Assembly (NCBI GenBank): GCA_009937025.1
Contig: JAACDG010000164.1
Location: 85-64,084 of the forward strand
Length of the DNA: 64,000 nucleotides
Direction: 5' to 3'
Origin: Methanobacteriota archaeon
GTDB taxonomy: Archaea; Thermoplasmatota; Poseidoniia; Poseidoniales; Poseidoniaceae
In this document: positions 9,581 to 17,680 of the stretch, one piece after another
How positions within the stretch are numbered: position 1 is the first letter of the stretch
Layout: each line of letters begins with the position of its first letter
Translations under genes and position numbers: made by a program
The notes under the pieces: model-generated
Told to the model about the DNA's origin: nothing
Databases searched by the model: none
The model's input: only the letters and a program-made list of their open reading frames with translations

Positions 9581-10771
9581 TCAGAATAAATCGTCATCGT
9601 CTTCTTCATCAAGGTCGAAAACATTGTCATCTTCTTTCTTTGCTGCCTTCTTGGCAGGAGCCTTCTTCTTGGCAGGAGCCTTCTTTTTTGCAGGAGCTTT
9701 CTTTTCAGCAGGAGCCTTCTTTTCAGCAGGTTTTTCTTCCTCTGCAGTTTCCTCGCTCGCCTTTCCTTCTTCGGATTCTTCACGAAGTTTTGCTTGCTCT
9801 TCTTCACGAGCGGCCAAGGCAGCAGGTGTTGTTCCTGTTTGAGCAGCAAGTGCTCGACGTCGGTCTTCACGGGCTTTACGTTCGAGTTGGCGATGGCGGG
9901 ATTTTTCGATGTTTTGCAACATATACATTGCATCGTGTTCCAAAAGCGGAGAATCAGAAATGAGGGTGATGTCAAGCCATCCTCCGTCTTCAACAATAAA
10001 TTCAGCAAGTGGCTCGAAGTTCAAATCCGACTTCTTGATTTGTGTGTAGTGCATAGCGTTACCAGAACGGTGCTCAACACCAGAGAAGTGGCAATAGAAT
10101 TCTTTTGTTCCGATGGTTTCGCGCACTTCATCAAACAATTCTCCATAGTCTTCCGAAGTTCGCATCTTTCCATGACCACGAGCGTGAATGTGTGCGATAT
10201 TGAGCACAGGAATGGTTCCTTCGACGTGATTGACAACTTCCAAGACTTCTTCGAGACTGCCCCATAATTCTTGGCGACCTGATGTTTCAACGCCTATTTT
10301 TGAGGGAGTTCCATCTTTAATCCAAGGGAATACTGGGAATTCGTCTTCATCATCATGCCAAATCTCGTGTACACGGTCAACAATCCCTGCGAAGACATTT
10401 GCTACTTGTTCATTTGCTGCACTACCCGGATGCATGCCTCCGTAGTGGCCTGCGTGAAGCGTAATGTGTCGGGCATTGATTGTTCGGGCAGCCTGAAGCG
10501 TTGTTTCGATTTTTGTCATCGAACGCCCACGTTCAACACGGTTGCCAAGAAGTTCGGAATAGTACGGTCCGTGAATATTCATCTCAAATTCGGTTTTATT
10601 AGCAAGAACGCCCGCTTGCCAATATTGTTCAAAGTGTTGTGGAGCGACCATTCGGACGGTTTGGACCTCCATTGTTTCTAAACCAAGTGAGATGATATCG
10701 TCCATTCCTTCAACGATTGTACGACCTTTACAAGACAAAGGAACGCCCGCAGGTCCGAGTTTAATTGGCAT
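9581..10771 (-). CDS. Xylose-isomerase-like TIM-barrel protein, probable AP endonuclease family 2 (endonuclease IV-like) with C-terminal Lys/Ala/Pro-rich histone-like tail
   Basis: His/Glu-rich metal-ligand motifs (RHITLHAGHYGG, VETSGRQE, NIAHIHARGHG, CHFSGVEH, ITLISDSP) consistent with the Nfo fold. C-terminal AEKKAPAEKKAPAKKKAPAKKKAPAKKAAKK followed by an acidic DLDEEDDDDLF end. Confidence 0.55.
   Translation of the reverse strand: MPIKLGPAGVPLSCKGRTIVEGMDDIISLGLETMEVQTVRMVAPQHFEQYWQAGVLANKTEFEMNIHGPYYSELLGNRVERGRSMTKIETTLQAARTINARHITLHAGHYGGMHPGSAANEQVANVFAGIVDRVHEIWHDDEDEFPVFPWIKDGTPSKIGVETSGRQELWGSLEEVLEVVNHVEGTIPVLNIAHIHARGHGKMRTSEDYGELFDEVRETIGTKEFYCHFSGVEHRSGNAMHYTQIKKSDLNFEPLAEFIVEDGGWLDITLISDSPLLEHDAMYMLQNIEKSRHRQLERKAREDRRRALAAQTGTTPAALAAREEEQAKLREESEEGKASEETAEEEKPAEKKAPAEKKAPAKKKAPAKKKAPAKKAAKKEDDNVFDLDEEDDDDLF
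9600..9760. repeat. Tandem ~15-nt repeat (ggcaggagccttctt x ~5) encoding the KKAPA tail
   Basis: Direct repeats visible at 9640-9740. They generate spurious antisense ORFs 9558-9842 and 9640-9963. Confidence 0.7.
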
Positions 10772-10912
10772 AATTCACATCCCCGCAGGAACGACCCAAG
10801 GGTCTTCCTATGATAACCCCTTTCCGTTGGCTGTCCGCTAAAATTGTTTTTTTCTTCCCACTCATCGTTAGAATATCCCATACGACCATTCATGAACTCC
10901 TGCGGTTGAGGC

Positions 10913-11632
10913 TTGGTTATGGACGAACAAGTCGCGGCCGCAGTAGACGCTTTCCAGAACGGAATGCCGGTTTGTTTGTTTGACTCTGAAAAAAGAGAAG
11001 GCGAAACGGATTTATTGTTTCCTGGCCAAAGCGCAGTACCCGCAACAATGCGTCAATTGAGAATGGATTGTGGCGGCTTGTTATTTCTGGCGATTGGCCA
11101 TGAAATAGGAGAGTTGTTTTCCTTGCCGTTTCTTCAAGACCTCCATACTCAAGATTCTCTATTAGAAGAATTTCCAGTACTCAATCATTTGGTGACCAAT
11201 GATTTACGATACGATGCTCGTTCAGCATTTACCTTGTCTTTGAATCATCGTGAAACATATACCGGTATCACCGACCATGACCGTGCGCTTACAACTCGCC
11301 GTTTTGCTGAATTATCAGCGGAATTAACCAAAGCCGGAATCTCAGGTAAAGATGCACAAGCGGCATTGGGTCAAGAATTCCGAACTCCAGGACACATACC
11401 AGTTTGCCGTGAGACCGAAGGTGGACTTTCTCGAAGACAAGGCCATACTGAGTTAGCAGTCGGTCTTTCACGGCTTGCAGGAATGACGCCAGTCGTCATA
11501 GGAGCCGAGATGCTACAGAGCGATGGAGATAATGCTCTTGCTGTTAATGATGCCCGAACTTGGGCGCACGAGCGAGGCATACCTTTCCTTGAAGGGGCTC
11601 AATTGATTGAAGCCTTGAACATACAAAATTAG
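10913..11632 (+). CDS. ribB: 3,4-dihydroxy-2-butanone 4-phosphate synthase
   Basis: REGETDLLFP, GHTE and RTPGHI motifs typical of DHBP synthase. TAG stop. Confidence 0.85.
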   Translation: MVMDEQVAAAVDAFQNGMPVCLFDSEKREGETDLLFPGQSAVPATMRQLRMDCGGLLFLAIGHEIGELFSLPFLQDLHTQDSLLEEFPVLNHLVTNDLRYDARSAFTLSLNHRETYTGITDHDRALTTRRFAELSAELTKAGISGKDAQAALGQEFRTPGHIPVCRETEGGLSRRQGHTELAVGLSRLAGMTPVVIGAEMLQSDGDNALAVNDARTWAHERGIPFLEGAQLIEALNIQN

Positions 11633-11692
11633 GTCAGTAGTTCAGCCGGTAAAACCTTGAGGGACTATACTTTCACAACAACAGGTGAGCAG

Positions 11693-12145
11693 ATGAAGCG
11701 AGTTATGGCAGTCGGGGTTTTTGACTTACTTCATGCAGGTCATTTGCACTATTTAGAGCAAGCCAAATCACTTGGGGAACACCTCACGGTTGTCGTCGCT
11801 CATGATGACACGGTTCGTGTGCGTAAGCATGAACCCGTTACAGGTCAAGATTTACGCCGAAGGATGGTTGAAGGCTTAAAACCAGTCGATGAAGCGATTA
11901 TTGGAAACCCCCCAGATGTTCCAATTTTCGACATTTTACCTCATGTTCAACCAGATATCATCGCTTTAGGATACGACCAAGAACATGCAGAAGACCGAAT
12001 TCGTACAAAACTTGACCAACTTGGATTTGACCATATTCAGGTCACTCGTGTTGAAGGATTATCTGATGATTTAGATGGAACTCGTAAGATTATCGCTCGA
12101 ATTCTTCAGCTTTCTTCAGAATCTCAAAAGGAGAATGATGCTTGA
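11693..12145 (+). CDS. ribL: FAD synthetase, archaeal CTP-dependent cytidylyltransferase type
   Basis: MKRVMAVGVFDLLHAGHLHYL is the HxGH nucleotidyltransferase motif. About 150 aa, as for MJ RibL. Confidence 0.8.
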   Translation: MKRVMAVGVFDLLHAGHLHYLEQAKSLGEHLTVVVAHDDTVRVRKHEPVTGQDLRRRMVEGLKPVDEAIIGNPPDVPIFDILPHVQPDIIALGYDQEHAEDRIRTKLDQLGFDHIQVTRVEGLSDDLDGTRKIIARILQLSSESQKENDA

Positions 12146-12750
12146 TGTTTACAGGTATTATTCAAGGCACTGGGGCGGTTCTTAACATCGTGGAAAAACC
12201 AAGTATTCACACCTTACAAATCAAATTGCCGAACACCAAAGGTTTGGAAACAGGGGCGAGCGTTTCGATTGATGGTGTGTGCCTAACCGCCGTATCGATC
12301 AATGATTCAGTTGTCGACTTCGATGTCATCACTGAAACATTGACCAGAACCACGCTCGGTCAACTCTCCATTGGCCAGCATGTGAACATTGAGCGTTCAT
12401 TGAAGTTTGGCGATGAAATCGGTGGGCATTTGCTTTCAGGACACATTATGTCAACTGGAATTTTACATTCAATAGAAAAACAAGGCGAAGGTATGGATTA
12501 CGATGTTCTTGTCCCTGCTGAACTTCACAAGTATGTCATTGAGAAAGGCTACATTGCCGTCGATGGCATTTCACTCACCGTTGGAAAGGTACTTGATGGA
12601 AAGTTTTCCCTGCACATCATCCCAGAAACTCTTCGTTTGACAACATTGGTTGGAAAGGAAGTCGGTGATGCAGTAAACCTTGAAATCGACTCTACAACAC
12701 AAACAATTGTCGCAACAGTGGAACGTGTTCTTGAAGAGAAAAGGAGTTAA
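12145..12750 (+). CDS. ribE: Riboflavin synthase, bacterial/eukaryotic-type (RibE/RibC)
   Basis: MFTGIIQGTG...ETGASVSIDGVCLT...NIERSLKFGDEIGGHLLSGHIM...IDGISLTV closely matches E. coli riboflavin synthase. TGATG overlap with the ribL stop. Confidence 0.9.
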   Translation: MFTGIIQGTGAVLNIVEKPSIHTLQIKLPNTKGLETGASVSIDGVCLTAVSINDSVVDFDVITETLTRTTLGQLSIGQHVNIERSLKFGDEIGGHLLSGHIMSTGILHSIEKQGEGMDYDVLVPAELHKYVIEKGYIAVDGISLTVGKVLDGKFSLHIIPETLRLTTLVGKEVGDAVNLEIDSTTQTIVATVERVLEEKRS

Positions 12751-12754
12751 TCAA

Positions 12755-13153
12755 ATGTCAAAAATTGCCCTCGTATGTGGTTCATTCCACCGCTCAGAAA
12801 TCGAACGTATGCTCTCATGGGCACGTGAAGAAGCTGCGGTTCATGGACTTGAGATTCTCGATGTCGTTTGGGTCCCTGGGGCAATGGAGGTCCCGCTTGC
12901 TCTTGACCGTCTGTTGGCCGATGACGATATTCTCGGGGTTGCTTGTCTTGGTATCATCGAAAAAGGACAAACCCAACATGGGTTGGCAATGGGTCAGGCC
13001 GTAATCAAAACCATCATTGAATTACAACTCGTCCATGAAAAACCAGTCGGCTTGGGAATCATCGGCCCTGGTGCTCAACCCGAACATATTGAACCTCGAC
13101 TTGAATCACATGCTCGTGCTGCCGTCGCTGCGATTGCTTCAATGCTTCAATGA
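12755..13153 (+). CDS. ribH: 6,7-dimethyl-8-ribityllumazine synthase
   Basis: MSKIALVCGSFHRSEIERML...VVWVPGAMEVPLA...GVACLGII matches the lumazine synthase pattern. Confidence 0.85.
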   Translation: MSKIALVCGSFHRSEIERMLSWAREEAAVHGLEILDVVWVPGAMEVPLALDRLLADDDILGVACLGIIEKGQTQHGLAMGQAVIKTIIELQLVHEKPVGLGIIGPGAQPEHIEPRLESHARAAVAAIASMLQ

Positions 13154-13175
13154 ATGAATCATTGGAGGTCCCAAA

Positions 13176-13424
13176 ATGGCAGATTCCAAGATTCAAAAAG
13201 CACTTGGCAATCCTGTTGTTCGTTCATTCATCGCTTTTTCTGTATTCCGCGCTTTTTACGGTGCTGGAATCCTTCTCGTCACCTATTTTCTCTCAACATC
13301 CGCTGAAGCACCGTGGCCTGTATCCGTTGGTTTCCTTGTATTCTCGATGGTCTTTTCTCGCTGGATCTTCAAACGAATAAAAGGTCGTAAAAATTCTGCT
13401 GAGCAACCAGAACCGGGCGAATAA
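13176..13424 (+). CDS. Small membrane protein (2 TM), hypothetical
   Basis: 82-aa ORF with two hydrophobic helices and a basic C-terminus. Confidence 0.35.
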   Translation: MADSKIQKALGNPVVRSFIAFSVFRAFYGAGILLVTYFLSTSAEAPWPVSVGFLVFSMVFSRWIFKRIKGRKNSAEQPEPGE

Positions 13425-13457
13425 TATCTAATGCTTTGATGTCAATGTTCAAGTGGT

Positions 13458-13489
13458 GAATCCCCCCGTAACAAGTTTGTAGGGGATTC
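13458..13489. terminator. Stem-loop gaatcccc-N16-ggggattc between the small membrane gene and trxB
   Basis: Perfect 8-bp inverted repeat. Not followed by a clear T-tract. Confidence 0.3.
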
Positions 13490-13494
13490 TTTCC

Positions 13495-14421
13495 ATGTCA
13501 ACAATTCACAACGTCATCATCATTGGTTCAGGTCCTGCTGGATATACCGCAGGCCTCTACGCTGCAAGAGCAATGCTTGAACCACTTATGTTCGCAGGTT
13601 ATATGTCTGGGGGTCAGTTAATGCTTACTTCCGATATAGAGAACTTTCCGGGCTATCCAAAGGGCATCGGTGGCCCCGAGATGATGATGGAATTACGAGA
13701 ACAATCAGAACGATTTGGACTTGAAGTACGAGACCAAAACGTCGAATCTGTCGACCTTTCAGAACGGCCTTACAAAGTCGTGGTAGAAGGCGAGACCTTT
13801 CTGACCCATGCTATCATCGTCTCGACCGGCGCAGAATCAATTTGGTTGAATGCCCCGGGTGAAGAACAACAGAAAGGCAGAGGAATTTCAACTTGTGCAA
13901 CCTGTGATGGTGCCTTTTTCAAGAACGAAGAAGTCATGGTTATCGGTGGCGGCGATTCTGCTTGTGAAGAAGCAACCTTCTTGACACGATTTGCATCAAA
14001 GGTAACACTTGTTCACCGCAGAGATGTGTTCCGAGCGTCAACTATCATGTATGAACGTGCATTAAATCATGACAAAATCGAAATCAAAACCTTCCGACAA
14101 GTAAAGGAATGGCTTTCTGATGAAAAAGGCTTGACAGGAGCAGTTCTTGAGGACCCTCGAGACGGTGCAACAGAAAACATCAACGTCACTGGAGCGTTCA
14201 TTGCGATAGGACATAAACCGATTACTGGATTCCTTGGAGGGCAAGTTGAGGTTGATGAAGAAGGATACATCCTTCACAAGAAACACACAATGACATCGGT
14301 CGAGGGCGTTTTTGCTGCGGGGGATGTCGTAGATACCCGTTACAAGCAAGCAATTACTGCTGCTGGAATGGGTTGTCAAGCCGCTATGGACGTTGAAAAG
14401 TGGCTCGAAGACCAACATTGA
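13495..14421 (+). CDS. trxB: Thioredoxin reductase
   Basis: IIIGSGPAGYTAG FAD motif, CATCDG redox centre, second Rossmann VIGGGDSA. Confidence 0.9.
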   Translation: MSTIHNVIIIGSGPAGYTAGLYAARAMLEPLMFAGYMSGGQLMLTSDIENFPGYPKGIGGPEMMMELREQSERFGLEVRDQNVESVDLSERPYKVVVEGETFLTHAIIVSTGAESIWLNAPGEEQQKGRGISTCATCDGAFFKNEEVMVIGGGDSACEEATFLTRFASKVTLVHRRDVFRASTIMYERALNHDKIEIKTFRQVKEWLSDEKGLTGAVLEDPRDGATENINVTGAFIAIGHKPITGFLGGQVEVDEEGYILHKKHTMTSVEGVFAAGDVVDTRYKQAITAAGMGCQAAMDVEKWLEDQH

Positions 14422-14436
14422 CCTCTCAATGAGTTT

Positions 14437-15642
14437 ATGTTTGGGCCTTGCTTGGACGGCTTGGGATTGCTTGTAGATATCGATGTTCAGCGTTACGCTC
14501 GTCACATTTCATTACCTCAAGTAGGTCGAGATGGACAGCATCTCCTCAATCGATCAAGAGTTCTGGTTATCGGTGCAGGGGGGCTTGGAAGTCCGGTTCT
14601 GCTCTACCTTGCCGCTGCTGGAATTGGACATATTGGAATCGTTGATGATGATAGAGTCGACTTGTCAAACTTACAACGGCAAGTCATCCATTCAACCGCA
14701 GCCATTGGTGGATCAAAAGTAGAATCAGCACGCAATCGCCTTCGAGACTTGAATCCCGAATTGAAGATATCCACTTATGATGTGCGATTAGCTCCAGAAA
14801 ATATTGACTCAATTTTTGCAGAAGGTTGGGATGTTGTGGTTGACGGAACCGACAACCTACCGACTCGATATCTCCTTGACGATGCTTGTTTCCTGAAAGG
14901 TATACCTTGGGTCTACGGTTCTATATATCGTTTTGAAGGGCAAGTCAGCGTTTTTAATCTACAGCAAGGCCCTTGTTATCGTGATTTATTTTCAGAACCA
15001 CCACCGCCTCAATCGGTCCCTTCATGCGCAGAAGGTGGTGTTCTGGGTGTATTACCTGGCGTCATCGGTTCATTACAAGCCAATGAAGTCATCAAAATTA
15101 TTCTTGACCTTGGAGAAGTACTCAGCGGACGACTTCTCATTTATGATGCAGAAGCAATGACCTTTGAAACACTGCGCTATTCTCATAATCCTGAACGTCA
15201 AGTGGTTACTGATTTATCGCTGAGCAGGGCTATGTTTGATGATGAAGCATGGTGTATGAGGAGAACCAGAATGGGTGATGTTGAAGAAGGAGAAACCTCT
15301 CATCGTGAAACAATGTTTAATTCGATTTCGATGAAGAGTTATGTCGAACGCCGAAATACTGGTTGGAACCCGTTCATCTTAGATGTTCGTTCTGAAGGAG
15401 AATATCAACAAGCCCATGTTGCTTCCAACGACTTACAAATCAATCACGAAGCCGTGCTTTCGATGGTCGATTCGATACCGAAAAATCGAGAAATATTGGT
15501 AATGTGCCGCAGTGGAATGCGTTCTCAGATGGCAGCGATGTGTTTGATTAAAGCAGGCTATCAAGGCTCATCCTTGTATAACCTTGAAGGTGGTATTATC
15601 GCTTGGCAATCGGTACTTCCTGACGAAATCATTCACGGTTGA
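14437..15642 (+). CDS. moeB: ThiF/MoeB-family E1-like adenylyltransferase fused to C-terminal rhodanese domain
   Basis: VLVIGAGGLGSPVLLYLAAAGIGHIGIVDDDRVDLSNLQRQ, then a rhodanese with active-site Cys (VMCRSGMRS). Confidence 0.85.
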   Translation: MFGPCLDGLGLLVDIDVQRYARHISLPQVGRDGQHLLNRSRVLVIGAGGLGSPVLLYLAAAGIGHIGIVDDDRVDLSNLQRQVIHSTAAIGGSKVESARNRLRDLNPELKISTYDVRLAPENIDSIFAEGWDVVVDGTDNLPTRYLLDDACFLKGIPWVYGSIYRFEGQVSVFNLQQGPCYRDLFSEPPPPQSVPSCAEGGVLGVLPGVIGSLQANEVIKIILDLGEVLSGRLLIYDAEAMTFETLRYSHNPERQVVTDLSLSRAMFDDEAWCMRRTRMGDVEEGETSHRETMFNSISMKSYVERRNTGWNPFILDVRSEGEYQQAHVASNDLQINHEAVLSMVDSIPKNREILVMCRSGMRSQMAAMCLIKAGYQGSSLYNLEGGIIAWQSVLPDEIIHG

Positions 15643-15742
15643 CGGCTTCTGCGTCGTCCTCGTGAACCGTCCGAACTCCGCCTCCATGAAGGGTGAGGTT
15701 CAAGTCTCTACAGCCATCCCTGCAGTTGAAGGGAGGGATTTT

Positions 15743-16828
15743 ATGGCCAAAGTCATCGTTGCAGACGAAAATGAAGGTCGCCGTTCTCTTCTAGCAAATA
15801 CACTTGAGCGTGAGGGTTTCGATATAACCCGTGCTGCAACTCTTCGACAGGCTGAGGGAACTGCTTTAGCAATCATGCCGGAAGTGGTTCTCATCGATGG
15901 AGAATGGAAAAACGGCGACGCTATCGATGCATCTCAACGTTTGATGGCCGACCCAGAATTTGCTTTCAAATGCCGAATTGTCATTTTGACACGGAATTCT
16001 TCTCAAGAATATCGAGTGAGTGCGGCCCAATCGGGTGTTTCTGAAGTCATAGCAAAACCCGTTGACATGAACGTACTTATTCAACAATTGAATAAACACA
16101 CACGGAAGCAATTTGTTCCACCTCCTGCAGATGTTTCCAGTGGCCAAACAGGAGGAGGGACTTTCGACGTTTCAATGACCATGGGCGACAGCACATGGGC
16201 TCTACCTATGCTGAAAGGTCTTGTTGGTCCTGAAAAAATCAATACGGACTTTATTGATGAAATTCTTTCTCAAATGGACGAAGAAGGTTTGGAAGTTGAT
16301 TCCGAAATCGACTCCTCAGCAATGTCTTCAATGCTCCGTTTAGCCCTTAATAAATTGGTTGACCAAGCGAGTGCCGATGGCCAACTTCTCCCTCCAGAAC
16401 AAGGTGGCGAAGGTTCTGCTCCCCAAAAACCACCTTCTGGTCCCTCGTCGCCAAGCCAAGCCAAACGTGGAACTACACTTGGTGGTCTTCAAGCAGATAA
16501 AATGAAGCAAGGAATCTCTTCATCTATGGAGGGTATTCTTGAAGCACAAGCTCAAGGAATTGCCGACGAAGTCGAAGGAAAGATGGATTCCATCCTTGAT
16601 GAACAACCTGACCTTGTTGCTTTGCACAGTTTGGAAACGATGGTTCCTATCGACCCTGAAGTTCTTGAAATGACTCGATTAACAACAGAAGTCGTTTCTG
16701 AACTGATGTGGAGTCTTGGACGCCCGGGTGCTGTATCTGACCTTACTTTAATCACTCAAATCGAAGATGCTACGCAGATGCTTGGTGATGTTTTGACTGC
16801 TTTACCTAAGGCTGAAGAAGAGGAATAA
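15743..16828 (+). CDS. Response-regulator receiver domain protein with long acidic low-complexity C-terminal region (no recognisable output domain)
   Basis: MAKVIVADENEGRRSLL...VVLIDGEWKNGD...CRIVILT is a CheY-like fold. The tail is rich in E/D/S/G/Q and ends AEEEE. Confidence 0.65.
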   Translation: MAKVIVADENEGRRSLLANTLEREGFDITRAATLRQAEGTALAIMPEVVLIDGEWKNGDAIDASQRLMADPEFAFKCRIVILTRNSSQEYRVSAAQSGVSEVIAKPVDMNVLIQQLNKHTRKQFVPPPADVSSGQTGGGTFDVSMTMGDSTWALPMLKGLVGPEKINTDFIDEILSQMDEEGLEVDSEIDSSAMSSMLRLALNKLVDQASADGQLLPPEQGGEGSAPQKPPSGPSSPSQAKRGTTLGGLQADKMKQGISSSMEGILEAQAQGIADEVEGKMDSILDEQPDLVALHSLETMVPIDPEVLEMTRLTTEVVSELMWSLGRPGAVSDLTLITQIEDATQMLGDVLTALPKAEEEE

Positions 16829-16830
16829 AC

Positions 16831-17610
16831 ATGGCGAAATACCCAATTCCTCGACCAAATGAATTGATGCTTGTCGACCAGAAATCCGAATTAGAACAAC
16901 TCAAACAGAACCAACCGAAACTCTATCGCTGGCGTGCATTGTTTGGCTTGGTCATGCTCGCCTTCTGTGCAATATGCGGATTTTTACTGTTTAGAGATGC
17001 TCAAAATATTCTGTTTTGGTTTGAAGACTTAGGGCCGATGGGGCCGATTGTCTTCACCCTTGGATTATCTCTAGCAGTTGTCATCATGCTTCCGACCCAA
17101 CTCATCAAAGTTTCAGCAGGAGCAATTTTTCCGTTTTGGATCGCTGCTGCTGCCAATTTCGTTGCATCTTTACTGGGTGGATTGATTGCCTTTCTTCTTG
17201 GCAGATGGTTGTTTAGAGAGAGTATCCAGAATTCGATTGCCAACGATACACGATTGAAAAATATCGAACACGCGCTCACTGTTGATGCGATGAAAATCTC
17301 TGTTCTTGTTCGCCTTTCCCCTCTTATTCCTGATGAATGGCTCAATTATTTGATGTCAGCAACTCCAGTCAGCCTCCGAGTCTACATGATTTCGAATTGT
17401 TCAGGTATTGTTTATTCATTGGCGTATGCTTACTATGGCCATGCACTTGGACGCTTTGCCCTCAATTCTTCAGGCATCGAGGGTATGAGTTCAACACCAA
17501 TGGGAAACGCCATGCTCATTCTTGGAATAATCGCCTCAATCTTGGCTACAGTTATGGTCACTCGTGCATCAATGAAGGCACTTAAGGATGCAATTCCAGA
17601 AGAAGAATGA
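16831..17610 (+). CDS. DedA / TVP38-TMEM64 family membrane protein
   Basis: Polytopic. Motif region LGPMGPIVFTLGLSLAVVIMLPTQLIKVSAGAIFPFWIA is typical of the SNARE-associated/DedA family. Confidence 0.7.
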   Translation: MAKYPIPRPNELMLVDQKSELEQLKQNQPKLYRWRALFGLVMLAFCAICGFLLFRDAQNILFWFEDLGPMGPIVFTLGLSLAVVIMLPTQLIKVSAGAIFPFWIAAAANFVASLLGGLIAFLLGRWLFRESIQNSIANDTRLKNIEHALTVDAMKISVLVRLSPLIPDEWLNYLMSATPVSLRVYMISNCSGIVYSLAYAYYGHALGRFALNSSGIEGMSSTPMGNAMLILGIIASILATVMVTRASMKALKDAIPEEE

Positions 17611-17680
17611 GAATTGATTGAAAAAGTGCCTCTTCTCATCTAGCCGTTGTGTTTGTATGTGGGTGGCCTTTGGCTAAACC

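Noticed and set aside
9558-10008. ORFs 9558-9842(+), 9640-9963(+) and 9574-10008(-) with poly-Ser or F/A-rich translations
   Set aside because: These are antisense or alternative-frame readings of the KKAPA tandem repeat in the endonuclease-IV-like gene.
10772-10912. FMN riboswitch upstream of ribB
   Set aside because: No recognisable FMN-element conserved stems. The organism appears archaeal, where FMN riboswitches are not expected.
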